DNA of 63,951 bases, counting the filler, from Octopus bimaculoides (taxonomy: Eukaryota): assembly GCF_001194135.2 (NCBI RefSeq). It is 7 parts of 7 records of this genome, joined end to end, with 100 filler letters (N's around TTAATTAATTAA, not from the genome) between each part and the next. Parts side by side here need not be neighbours in the genome. Positions count along the whole stretch, not along the records: positions 34,537 to 54,961 come from NC_068987.1; 6 more parts are not named here. One strand, given 5' to 3'. Below are positions 37,395 through 49,589 of the stretch, piece after piece. A program made the position numbers and the translations under genes. Every line of letters starts with the position of its first letter. The first letter of the stretch is position 1. The notes under the pieces are model-generated. The model did not search any database, was not told where the DNA came from, and worked only from the letters and a program-made list of their open reading frames with translations.

Positions 37395-37622
37395 TCTTTG
37401 CTGCCCACAAGGGGCTGCACACAGAGGGGACAAACAAGGACAGACAAACGGATTAAGTCGGTTATATCGACCCCAGTGCGTAACTGGTACTTAATTTATC
37501 GACCCCGAAAGGATGAAAGGCAAAGTCGACCTCGGCGGAATTTGAACTCAGAACGCAGTGGCAGACGAAATACCGCTAAGCATTTCACCCGGCGTGCTAA
37601 CGTTTCTGCCAGCTCGCCGCCG
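37395..37622 (-). mobile_element. Deu/Nin-like SINE, well preserved copy
   Basis: Reverse complement reads ggcggcgagctggcagaaacgttagcacgccgggtgaaatgcttagc...gagttcaaattccgccgaggtcgactttgcctttcatcctttcggggtcgataaattaagtaccag. Further copies at ~38330-38535, 41570-41740, 45245-45450, 46500-46700, 55910-56090, 60500-60660, 61990-62110 (-) and 60755-60890, 61290-61430 (+). Confidence 0.85.
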
Positions 37623-37633
37623 TGTGTATAGAT

Positions 37634-37681
<48 letters not shown>

Positions 37682-37689
37682 CATGCTTA

Positions 37690-38030
37690 ATGTATATACA
37701 CCACTGATAGGCCAGTTTCTGTAGTATTTATTCTGAGATAACATCTCTTATGAACTTGTGTTAAAAACACAACAAATACCAGAGGAAGGCGAAAATTCGT
37801 CCCAGTAGCGACCATCGAGTGAGTGTGCCCGATGTATATCGGCGTTTTGGGATGCTTTTCAAAGGTTTGTACTCGCAACCAGCGATATATTTGGAGGAGA
37901 ATTCGTCGCTTCTGATATAGGAAAAAGATGTTGTGAACAGCCACTCGGATGATTCAAAAGTCGGTATACGCAATTGAGCAAGTATTTCTTTAAAATAACC
38001 GATTTTAATCAGCCGGTCGGATAATAAGAC
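37690..38030. repeat. Unclassified old interspersed repeat
   Basis: Colinear reverse-complement homology to 61590-61915 and direct homology to 61470-61555 (shared attcgtcccagtagcg, cttttcaaa..tgtactcgca, aaatact.c.tcaattgc). Confidence 0.65.
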
Positions 38031-38579
38031 ATAAAGTAATATAAGGATGATCCACAGAGCGAGGAATGACGTTTACTTATCTATCGAAAAAGTAAATTGT
38101 CTCTTCCTGTTGTTTCCGTGAATACTCCGGAAAATATCTGGATAATTTACAGACTGGGCACAAAATAGGCACATGTAAAGGGACTAAGCATAATAATAAG
38201 GAGTTCAACCCCAGGAATAGTCACAATATTTCATACTTCCATGGGGGAACTAAAATGCATAGAAATAATCATACCAACATTAATTAGGACAACAAATTAA
38301 GGAGAAATAGAGTACGCGATAGAAATATTGGTTTCAAATTTCGGCACCGGACCAGCAATTTCAGGAGAGTGGGACTAGTTGGTTACATCAACCCCAGTTT
38401 TCAACTGGTACTTATTTTATCGACCCCGAAAGTATGAAAGGCAAAGTCGACCTCGGCGGAATTTGAACTCAGAACGTAAAACGGATGAAATGCCAATAAG
38501 CATTTTGTCCGGCGTGCTAACGATTATGTCAAGTCGCCGCCCTCATGCAATAGAAATATTACATGGTATAGTGTTACAC

Positions 38580-39480
38580 ACGGAATTCATGTAACCACAG
38601 ACAACCCAGTGATTTTCTTTAAGGCGTTAGACAAATATTTCCTCCTAACAGGATACAATAAGTCAGATAACAGACATACCGAGAAATTTCCATGTTCCAC
38701 TACATCTAATTTAGCGGATACTTAACTTTAAAAAGAGTGTGAGTGCATTTCTTTATTCTGCATGCATAGAGCAATCTGGGTCAACCTTTAATGAACACAT
38801 CTACCAGATGCGGATAACGGAGATAATAATATTTTACTATTTTTGTCTGAATAATAACAATAACACTAATAGAATAAATAAAGCTTCTTGTGCTACATGT
38901 CTAACAGAATCTGTAACTGTAGAAACCTTGGCAAATACCACCCCGCCTAGATAACTAGAAAATTAGGTTTGTGCCCTCTTAAGTTTATGCAAGATTTTCT
39001 AGATCGTTTACTTTAAGCATACTAACAATATTTCTTCTCTAGAAGTTAAATATCCCTTGGGTAACCAATGCCTAACGAAGAATATAACATATAAGTGCTC
39101 GGTCAAAACACATGGGAATCTCGATTGTTGCATAGGCGTTTCCGTAACACAATTCAAGGCCAGGTTATATAATCATGTTTACTCTTTTAAATACAAAAGA
39201 AAACTGCACGTCGTTGGCCAAGTTCGTCTGGGACCTCAAGGGAAGAAATACAGATTATTCTATTTCGTGGTCTATTATACAGAGTGCTGTTCCTTAGACG
39301 CTGTAACTTATGCTTAGTGGAGATGCTTGAATTACTCAGTTGTAAGTCCAGTCTTATTAACTGACGTAACGAGTTATTAATTCGTTGTTCTCACTTATTT
39401 AAAAAAACAGCCTTAAAATAGTCACACAAACTCCTACATAATTATCGTACCAGGGTAAAAATAGAATTAATCGCTACGTT
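38580..39480 (+). mobile_element. Degenerate Penelope-like 3' fragment (GIY-YIG)
   Basis: GNQCLTKNITYKCSV...CCIGVSVTQFKARLYNHVYSF. Confidence 0.7.
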
Positions 39481-39826
39481 ACTTTATTAGGTATTCTCTC
39501 TCTCTTTCTTTTTAATTAACTTTTTATGTAATATACCAAGTACTCTTTTCCTAATTAATTTTTAATCTTTAATCTAATTCTTAACTATTGAACCCAATGC
39601 AGTTCAGTTTAATTTTTCATTTAATTAATTTAGTTTAGCCATCGATTTCTCGAATGAAAGGGAGATAAGGATAATTAAGTAATAAATTCAACACACACTG
39701 ACTACACACCCAATTGACCTTCCTCTGATCCTTTTCTTCTGGATATATATATATAGCCATGATAGATCGTTGACCAGGGACTACTCAATTTTTTTCTCCG
39801 TGTTTTTCTCCTTGTTTTCTCCGTAT

Positions 39827-39864
39827 TCTTTCTGTTAAAGAGCGTAGCTCGAAACCTTAAAGAC
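39827..39864 (+). ncRNA. Degenerate minimal hammerhead-like motif in PLE pseudo-LTR remnant
   Basis: tcttt CTGTTAA A GAGC gta GCTC GAAA CCTT aaaga. Stems I and II are intact; the core deviates from CUGANGA and ACGU. Confidence 0.4.
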
Positions 39865-39956
39865 TTTCTGTATTCCCGAGTGTCAAACTAATACATCCTT
39901 TTGTTATTTACACCACCTGTCCTCGTCTGTTGTTGTTTTTTTTCGTACATTCTCCC

Positions 39957-39988
<32 letters not shown>

Positions 39989-40240
39989 TTCAAATTACGA
40001 TGAACGTAAACAAACAAACGAAGTTTGCTTTTAGAAGCGCTGTGATGTCTTAGAAAGTCACAGAAGTGATTTTAAATTCTCAAACGCAGGATAATGCTAA
40101 TAATATAGCCTGAACAGGATAAGCTACCCCTATTTTGCAGAAAAATGTGTAGGCAGCCAGCTATGAGACTCAAACTCACACCTCACTGGATATGCTAACC
40201 ATCTGTATTGACCTTATTTACCTATCTCTTTTCTTTACAG

Positions 40241-40265
40241 AATTTGAATGCCCAGGAGTGTTTAG
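40241..40265 (+). CDS. Candidate 25-nt micro-exon
   Basis: Strong acceptor ctcttttctttacag and donor TAG|gtaatg. Open in two frames (NLNAQECL or EFECPGVF). Confidence 0.3.
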
Positions 40266-41287
40266 GTAATGATTGTCTTTTTTTCTATTATTAAGAAGGT
40301 TGTCTCAGCTATAAGGATTTCCAGTACTTCACTGAAGCATAAACAGCAACTATGTCCCACCTTTTTGTAGAGATCTGCAGTAGATAGTATAGACCACTGT
40401 AATTCATAGTCTATATTTCTTACACAAATAAGGAAGCAAATCTGAAATGTTTAAAACAAAATCATTGCTAACAAATAACAGACACAAATAATATACAGAA
40501 GAAAATAACAGATAGAAGGGAATAAAATAGAAATAACAAATGCCAAAAGATGTTAATGAGAAATGTTTTACTGTTTTATTTCAAAATGCTGACAGTAATT
40601 TAAAGTATTTAGTATGATAATTAATTATAACAGGATTTAAAAATTAACTCTGGGATGAATTAAACCAAAATAACATGATTGGGTTAACTGATTATTAATT
40701 GAGTAATCAATTAATAGATTGATTGTTGCCATAACAAACAATATGTACAATTTTATAAATCCTATATATTTTTATATATAAAATGTGTTTTATCTATTTT
40801 ATTTGTTGCTTCCTCACATGTGGAAACAGCAAGAGGCGCAAATAACATGTGGGTTTCTATCGAATGGAATCTGCTATTATATTTGATTCCCAGTCCTAAT
40901 TATTTTTTTACCTATTATGGCTAATGCCATTAGGAGAGGCAGGAATGTCAAAACTCTTATTCACTCATCACCTGAAATCAATAACATTAACCATTTTCAA
41001 AGATGTCTCAACAAAAAATTGAAAAAAAATTCTATTGATTGCATTCATTTATATAACATCTGTTTATTGCATAAGTCCGTGCTTCATGATTCAAGATGAT
41101 TGGTTCCTAAACTGTTGGATATGCTAAGTTGTAATAATTTTGTTTCTACCAAGACAATAAAAATTCCAATTAGACACAAGTCTAGAAAACTATGGAGAGG
41201 AGTTAAGGTACCATATTAGACATTTTTCTAAGAACAAAATCACCCCTGGTTCTGTATACAGTGCTGGGCCTACATAACATGCTTTAA

Positions 41288-41503
41288 CCCTTCAGCATTC
41301 AGGTAACTCTGCCAAAGATAATGCTTATTTTTGTATTTTGTTTTGAATTAATCATGCATTATCTCATAGCTTTGAGATTTTGATGAAGTGATAGTTTATT
41401 TTTACAGTGGAATTATAGGCTAAGTGTGAGAGGCCAGATCCGGCCAGTTTGAGCATAAGACTGAATATTTTGGCCAGATATAGCTGGTTTAAATGGTAAA
41501 GGG
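41288..41503. mobile_element. piggyBac-like MITE
   Basis: TTAA|CCCTTCAGCATT ... AATGGTAAAGGG|TTAA: CCC/GGG termini flanked by TTAA. Confidence 0.75.
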
Positions 41504-42678
41504 TTAATTTCCTGAACATGCATTGCTGAAACTGGAGTGTGCCTTGTATGCCCAGGTACCTTTTATGCCACCAACTAATGTACTTAAATCAATCCCAGGA
41601 TCTAGTTGGTACTTTATTGTAGTCAGAAGAATGAAAGGCAAAGTTCAACTTGGTGGGGTTTGAACAAAAAAAGCAAAATAAACACAACTAAAATCCTGCA
41701 AGACATTTGTCAGACGCACCAACAATTCTGCTAATTCATCAACTGAAAAAAATCAGTAAAGAATGTGATATGCGATATCTTTTATCAGTTATTGAAACTA
41801 TATCAAACACTCAATTACAGAGAGCTTATATATTAATTTTCATCCCAGGCAATTTCATGGATGAAATACAGATTTCTTTTAACTAGATTTAGGTGCAACA
41901 CCAACTTTCTGGATACTGATGGGTCAGAACCTTTTAGAATCCTGACTAATTAACACTAATGAACAGGTAACTGTATTTTACTTAATTATTAAAGTAAACT
42001 TAATATTTGTTTAATTTAGAGTGTGTTGGCCAAGGTAACCATGACTGGTTAAAAAAAAAATCAGTCTTGGAAACCAATGTTGTATCTGTAAGTAATGGAG
42101 CCATTGTTAGTAATGGAGAATTATCATGAACTGAACAGATCAATACAAAATATAAATATTGATCTTTTAACTGAATAGATCCAGTCTTGATTTATTGACA
42201 ATGGAGGAATGAAAAACAAAGCCAACATTGGCTGGATTTAATCCCAAAACATAAAAAGGACAAATTGAAATTCTTTAAAACATTGAGACTGATGCTCTGT
42301 CAGATTTGCCATTTACGCAACTATTCTTAAAACAAATATGTCTGATATCAGCACCAGAACAAGATATTTTGGAGGTGAACATGGTTGATTTAATCAATCT
42401 CATCACTAAAAACGGACACGTTTTACTGAACCCGAAAAAATGAACAGCAAATCTGACCTCAACAGAATCAGAGCTCAGAATGGAAAATTACAAATGATAA
42501 ACAAATTTGCTTGAAATGGTACCAGTTCTATATTTTGCTGCTCTCTACTTGGTTCTAAATATGGAAACTAATTAGTGACAGAAGAATCACCAAAGTCTCA
42601 ATTCTATTTGAGGAGACAGAGAGAGAGAAAGAAAAGCATTAGTAGTATGTCTATTTAAGGAGAGAAATTTCAACAGAT

Positions 42679-42746
42679 TAAGTGCCAGGCTATTCTAAGT
42701 GCCAGGTTAGCCTAAGTGCCAATCTAGCCTAAGTGCCAAGCTAACC
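42679..42746. repeat. 4 x 17-bp tandem repeat TAAGTGCCA(G/A)nnTAnnC
   Basis: Units start at 42679, 42696, 42713, 42730. The first 9 nt are invariant; the last 8 vary. Confidence 0.9.
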
Positions 42747-43879
42747 TAAAAGCAGACATAAATGCACTGAAGATGATGATGATAATGATGATGATGTTGA
42801 TGATACTTTGCAAAAGTGTGAGATCTCAGAATTTTAGAAAGAAGAAGAAAAGAAATAACTTTTTGTGATGCAGATGACATTTTGTTTTGTTTTTTTCCAA
42901 AGACCATTAGCAATATAAAGGGAAAAAAAAAAAAAAATTTTTTTAATTATTATGCCATTAAATGATGATGATGATGATGAAGGTTAATGATCCCACAAGA
43001 AAATCCTTATCAACTAATACAAATTACACTTTCTACTTAATGAATTTAACAGATGTTGTTGTTGTTGGTTTAAATAATACAGCTACTGGAATAAACACAG
43101 AGTTGCCACCTCATTTTCTCTCTGCCCCCCCCCCACCAACCACTTTATTCTCTTATGTTATCAACCTGTTGACATCACAGACGAATCTCTTCACAACCTT
43201 ACAGAGAACATATTTTTTCCAGGTTGTGTTAATTAAACGGGGGGGGGGGAGAGTAGGAGGGGTTAAAATTAAGGATCTCACTTAAATAAATATTATAACT
43301 TTTTGGACAGGGCACAAAATGAGAATTTAATAAACAAAACAGTTTTAAAATTCCTTTTTAAATTCCTTTAATAATTTAATGAATCAGAAATGTAAGAAAT
43401 CAAATATTACATTAGATAATTAAACAAGTGATAATTAATTAGTTTATATTTCTTCCTTATACAGAATTAACCTCCAGCTTAAACACACTTGATAGGTATC
43501 ATAATTTAAAATCAGCCCCTAAAGGGGATTTGAAAGTGACTCACCCTCCATCCCTTTTTAAAGAGGATCTATGAACACCCTCCAATCCAGAATTAAAATT
43601 AACCCCTAAAAATAAGTCACCTTATAGATGAAAGAATTAGAAACCCATTTCTCCCCCAAATTAAATTCAGCCCCAATGATATGTTTGTTTTTTTTTAATT
43701 GGAGTGAAAAGCTGAAGGTAATTACAGGTAAGATATATTTTGCAATAATGATTTTTTTCCTAAAATGTAAATTCCTTTGATAGGAAAGAAAGACAGGTGT
43801 ATATAGTAGCCCTTTACACTGTCGTATCCTAAAAGAAAATCAGGGGTCTACCACTACTCACATAATACCCCCTTTTTAG

Positions 43880-43927
43880 ACATCTCCTCGTTTATCACCA
43901 GTGACACCCCCTAATGACACATACAGG
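43880..43927 (+). CDS. Candidate symmetric 48-nt exon
   Basis: ccccctttttag|ACA...AGG|gtaagt. Only phase 0 is open: TSPRLSPVTPPNDTYR. Confidence 0.45.
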
Positions 43928-44137
43928 GTAAGTGTGACGTTCCTCTTTCTAAAAGACACCCATGCTACATCCGAGACACAAATAACAAACATTCCACCCT
44001 GATACACACCCAGCCAAACCAATATTTCATTCCTCATAGACATGTATGCATATGCATACTTGACTATAGACACACACATGCACAAATACATACACACAAG
44101 CATATTATTTCATCATATATATATATATATATATATG

Positions 44138-44176
<39 letters not shown>

Positions 44177-45458
44177 TCCAGAAAAGAAACAGTATATCAC
44201 ACAAACATTTGTACCACATAGACACACACACACACACACACACACATTCCAGAGTCTGAACTTTCTCCCACATCAGAAATATTTTTCTGAATCTTCTACT
44301 TCTGAATACACNNNNNNNNNNNNNNNNNNNNNNNNNNNNNNNNNNNNNNNNNNNNNNNNNNNNNNNNNNNNNNNNNNNNNNNNNNNNNNNNNNNNNNNNN
44401 NNNNNNNNNNNNNNNNNNNNNNNNNNNNNNNNNNNNNNNNNNNNNNNNNNNNNNNNNNNNNNNNNNNNNNNNNNNNNNNNNNNNNNNNNNNNNNNNNNNN
44501 NNNNNNNNNNNNNNNNNNNNNNNNNNNNNNNNNNNNNNNNNNNNNNNNNNNNNNNNNNNNNNNNNNNNNNNNNNNNNNNNNNNNNNNNNNNNNNNNNNNN
44601 NNNNNNNNNNNNNNNNNNNNNNNNNNNNNNNNNNNNNNNNNNNNNNNNNNNNNNNNNNNNNNNNNNNNNNNNNNNNNNNNNNNNNNNNNNNNNNNNNNNN
44701 NNNNNNNNNNNNNNNNNNNNNNNNNNNNNNNNNNNNNNNNNNNNNNNNNNNNNNNNNNNNNNNNNNNNNNNNNNNNNNNNNNNNNNNNNNNNNNNNNNNN
44801 NNNNNNNNNNNNNNNNNNNNNNNNNNNNNNNNNNNNNNNNNNNNNNNNNNNNNNNNNNNNNNNNNNNNNNNNNNNNNNNNNNNNNNNNNNNNNNNNNNNN
44901 NNNNNNNNNNNNNNNNNNNNNNNNNNNNNNNNNNNNNNNNNNNNNNNNNNNNNNNNNNNNNNNNNNNNNNNNNNNNNNNNNNNNNNNNNNNNNNNNNNNN
45001 NNNNNNNNNNNNNNNNNNNNNNNNNNNNNNNNNNNNNNNNNNNNNNNNNNNNNNNNNNNNNNNNNNNNNNNNNNNNNNNNNNNNNNNNNNNNNNNNNNNN
45101 NNNNNNNNNNNNNNNNNNNNNNNNNNNNNNNNNNNNNNNNNNNNNNNNNNNNNNNNNNNNNNNNNNNNNNNNNNNNNNNNNNNNNNNNNNNNNNNNNNNN
45201 NNNNNNNNNNNNNNNNNNNNNNNNNNNNNNNNNNNNNNNNNNNNTAATAATGATTTCAAATTTTGGCACAAGGCCAGCAATTGTGAGGCGGGGTAAATCA
45301 ATTACCCCAGTATTCAACTGGTATTTATTTTATCGATCCCAAAAGGATGAAAGGCAAAGTTGACCGTAGCAGGATTTGAGGTCAACATTTAAAGAACTGG
45401 AAGAGATGCTACAAGACATTTTGTCTGGTGGGCTAATGATTCTTCCTGCTTTCCATTC

Positions 45459-45521
<63 letters not shown>

Positions 45522-45825
45522 GTGATGATGATAATGATAATTTTAATAATTTTTAAAGGAAACATTATTTTATGAAAAACTATCACAGAGATCAGAACCA
45601 GTAAATTCTTTACAAAGTTCAACAATTGTTATTACAGATTCTTCAAATATATAAAAACTTAGACTCTAAATTCGAAAAGTCTAAAATTCTTCAACAGTAA
45701 AAATTGGATTTATCATAATTATGTTCCATTTCAGAATTTGCTTTGTTTTCTTTTTTCTTTTATTGTTTTTCAATTTTCTTCTGGAAATATTTGTGAGAAG
45801 AAGAAATTTTTTGAAGATTTAACAG

Positions 45826-45979
45826 CATCAGAGCAATAACTCCAGAAGATTCTGTTCCTGCTTCTTGGAACAGTAAAAACCACTCCAGCACTGTGAGTTC
45901 ACAAGTGATTTATAGTCATGGAATAGCCATAGGAGCAGGGACGTTCCCAGAAAAGACTAAAATGTTTGTAAAATGTTAA
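45826..45979 (+). CDS. Candidate terminal coding exon
   Basis: aacag|C ATC AGA..., 50 sense codons then TAA: IRAITPEDSVPASWNSKNHSSTVSSQVIYSHGIAIGAGTFPEKTKMFVKC*. Weak acceptor; not recognised. Confidence 0.25.
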
Positions 45980-46870
45980 AAACCCTTGTAGACCACAGAG
46001 CCTTTAAAAGTGGCTTCCATTGTGGCTTAGCTGTGTGGTATTAAGCTGATGAGAGATAAATTTACCTCAGGATAAGATACAGGTCTTTTGCATTCTGAGA
46101 TAATGAAATCAGATTGGTACCTATGTAGGTGACAGCTCGGTGAAGTGAGGCGTGCAGAATTAAGTGTATGGTTGAAATACTCCAGAAAACATCTGCAGCA
46201 GATCAGAATTCTATATCCTCTTGACAGTCCATAACCATTCAGCTCTTTCGGTTCCACAAACATATGACAGCTGTTTATGACTAAAGGATATAACAGAAAG
46301 CCATTAATAATCCATGTTTAAAGATGGATGAGAGTTCGGCTAATCCTTTACGGACCACAAGAATCCATAGAATTGGCAAACACTAAGTGAATGAAACATC
46401 AATTCCTTCTTGGATCAGATGCTGGAGTATTGCAGGAACCTTTTCTGACTGAATTGAGCATCGTAGACCAAACATTAACACCTATAATATTTCTTTCTAC
46501 TACAGGCACAAAGCCTGAATTTGAGGGGAGGGGGCTAGCCAATTACATCACCCCTAATATACAACTGGTACTTATTTTAATGACCCCCAAAAGGATGAAA
46601 GACAAAACCAGCCTTGACAGAATTTGAACTCAGAACACAACGCCAGAAGAAATACCACAAAGTATTTTGTGTGACAAGTGAAGGATTCTGCCAGCTCACC
46701 ATGTTTAAGATCTGTAATGCTGCCACTGCCATAACTCTCAACAGTCAATTCCACCCAACCCTCAAAGGATTCAACAAGTTTCTGTAATATAGTCTACAAC
46801 GGTAAACCATAGGGAAAGTCTGCCTTCAGTTAAACCATTGATGAAGAAGCATGAAAAACAAAAAATCAAC

Positions 46871-46916
<46 letters not shown>

Positions 46917-47800
46917 AAGAGAGAGAGAGAGAGGGGGGGGACGAAAATGATGATAGACACTTCGGCTAAATGGAGAAATGAGAACCACTCAATGACTCGC
47001 AGACCAGTAGCAGAGTTAGCAAAGATAATTCCTGCCTGTGGTAGAATAACAATAACAATTTGATGAGCAATTAATATCCACTGATTACATCAACTGACAT
47101 GTCAGGAGACCATGCTCTGCCCGATTATTAATTGATCACATTAATCGTTCGTCTGTAAGGGAAGCCAAAACAATTCTCTTTGGTTGAACTCTGTGTGTGT
47201 CTGTGTCTGTGTCTGTGTGTGCGCTCATGCGCACGCGTGCGTGTTTCTCAACTATAAATGTTCAGAATTTTTTTTTTCTTTTCATAATTCTAACAAATGT
47301 TAGAGATCAAAAAACAGGATTCGGCTGATAGCCCAAAAAATATCCAAAAAAATAAAAAAATAAAAAATTATCAGCAGAATTGTCAGCAGAAATATGCAAA
47401 AAAAAAAATGCAGAGTGTAATCTTCAACCCTCTTTTGAGATTGGATTACTCTGTAAGAAGCAGTTTAACTTCCACTTCGGACATTTGTGGTCGCCTGCTG
47501 GTGTAATAACACCAAATATCTATTGTGAATGAATATCAAGTATCTTATTTAAATAATGTGTTAATATTCAATGAATATTGTACATTCATATTGTAATTGT
47601 ATGTTTGAATAAGAAAAATACCAAATATTCATTTCAGCTTTTTGTCTGTGTCAGTCCTGTAAATGACTCCTTTAGAAAATACCACTGAAGACAAAACATT
47701 TTGAAAAAAGAAAAAACCATCCTTAGATTTTTCATTAAAACAGGATTGTGATGTGGCATCACATTGCATTTTCTTCTAGATGGAGACAATGGAACTAAGT

Positions 47801-47919
47801 TTAGTTTTTTTTTTTTTCATTTTCATCTTCAATTTCTGACTTGATGTCTTGTGACATTTCCTTTGTGTTACGTTCACGAGCACAACATCGAGGGAACCAT
47901 CCTCTCACCCGAGGCTGAT
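47801..47919 (-). CDS. ZDHHC6: ZDHHC6 last coding exon
   Basis: ttgctttcag acceptor, phase 1. (D)QPRVRGWFPRCCARERNTKEMSQDIKSEIEDENEKKKN*, compared with human RIRGWFPRKCV...EGEKKNR. Confidence 0.9.
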
Positions 47920-48711
47920 CTGAAAGCAAAGAACAATGCTACAAATTAGAAGAAAAAAAGGTAGACCGTTTCAAGGCTGCATGAACAGCTCTTCATACAT
48001 CTTTGGATAGCACAAACAATATTTTCTATCAATTGTGCAAACATGAACAACAACAACAGAAATAATTTTAACAATGTTTTTAAGGGCAACTCAAAGGTCC
48101 CGTGCAGAAAACATGCTTGTCTCTGAGACAAACCTGCTTTAATCTATCCTGATGATAGATTTTCTTGCTATCTTGATCATCATCATCTTCACCATTTAAA
48201 AACCATTTTCCATACTGGCAAGGTTTGGATAGCTTGACAGGAGTTGAGGAGCCAGAGGACAACACCAAGCCCCAGTGTCTGTTTTGGCGTGATCTCTACA
48301 GCTGGATGCTCTTCCAAGAGTCAACCACTTTACAGATTGGACTGGGTGCTTTTTTATATGGCAATGACACTAGTAAGGTCACCAACTAACTTGCAAGACA
48401 AGACACACCTCAACTGAGAGTGATCAAATCCTTTACCAAGCACAACCCAGAAAAAACAAAGTAACACTATTTCTTTTTTAAAATCATACAAAAAAGTTCT
48501 TCACATCTGTTCAAATTCCCACATTTTGGGGGCTCATTATTTTTTTTTTCCACCCAGCTTAGATAGGGTTTTTTTCATCAACACTTAGATTTGGGGCTAA
48601 AAGCATTATTAACAATTTCTGCAAAAAGAAAAAGTCAGCTTACTTTTAAATTCTGGTAATTGGATAAACCTCTAAAACAGTGACTTACTCTGAGATAAAA
48701 CTTCCAATAGT

Positions 48712-49029
48712 TATCATATTTGATGGCCTATAAGACACACCCTTTTTATCCAAAAATGGCTTAAAAAATCCCCGTGTCCAATGCACTCAATGTGGGCTCA
48801 AAACTTGCCTACATGTGCTGCCATCTATTGATGAACAATCGCCTACAGAATGTTTATGTGGAATGTGGATGCAATAAATTGCATATAATTAGTGGTAATA
48901 ACATAAAGTTATACAGGTAAGTGGAGGAATTAAAGCATTATTTTAGTGGTAATTTATTTTACAAAACTAAAGCCTAGGCTGGGATGCGTCCTATGCACTC
49001 GTGCGTCTTATAAGCCATGAAATACAGTA
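48712..49029. mobile_element. Tc1/mariner (pogo-like TIR) MITE
   Basis: Right end gtgcgtcttataagccatgaaatacagta; degraded left end atatttgatggcctataagacacac. Confidence 0.55.
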
Positions 49030-49126
49030 TTAACTGCACTCACCTTCCTTAATCTAGTAGAAAATAGTGTTTACTTTACAAATTGCTGTAGTTTATTTTA
49101 ATCTGTATGTTAAAATTATACTAGAC

Positions 49127-49288
49127 GCAGGAGTGGCTGTGTGGTAAGTAGCTTGTTTATTAACCACATGGTTCCGGGTTCAGTCCCACTGCGTGGCACC
49201 TTGGGCAAGTGTCTTCTACTATAGCCTCGGGCCGACCAAAGCCTTGTGAGTGGATTTGGTAGAAGGAAACTGAAAGAAGCCCGTCATA

Positions 49289-49371
<83 letters not shown>

Positions 49372-49575
49372 TTGAGTGTCTGTGTTTGTCCCCCTATCAT
49401 CGCTTGACAACCGATGCTTGTGTGTTTACGTCCCCGTAACTTAGCAGTTTGGCAAAAGAGACCGATAGAATAAGTACTAGGCTTACAAAGAATAGGTCCT
49501 GGGGTCGATTTGCTCGACTAAAGGCGGTGCTCCAGCATGGTCACAGTCAAATGACTGAAACAAGTAAAAGAGTAT
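49127..49575 (+). mobile_element. Full-length tRNA-derived SINE
   Basis: gcaggagtggctgtgtggtaag...ggttccgggttcagtccc head, internal (TA)n(TG)n, tail cagtcaaatgactgaaacaagtaaaagag. Related copies at ~25065, 51640-52070, 55600 and 60998-61175. Confidence 0.85.
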
Positions 49576-49589
49576 AGATTCAGGTATAA

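Noticed and set aside
37687-37973. Two overlapping minus-strand ORFs that look exon-like
   Set aside because: The sequence is a copy of an interspersed repeat also found at 61470-61980; no protein family recognised.
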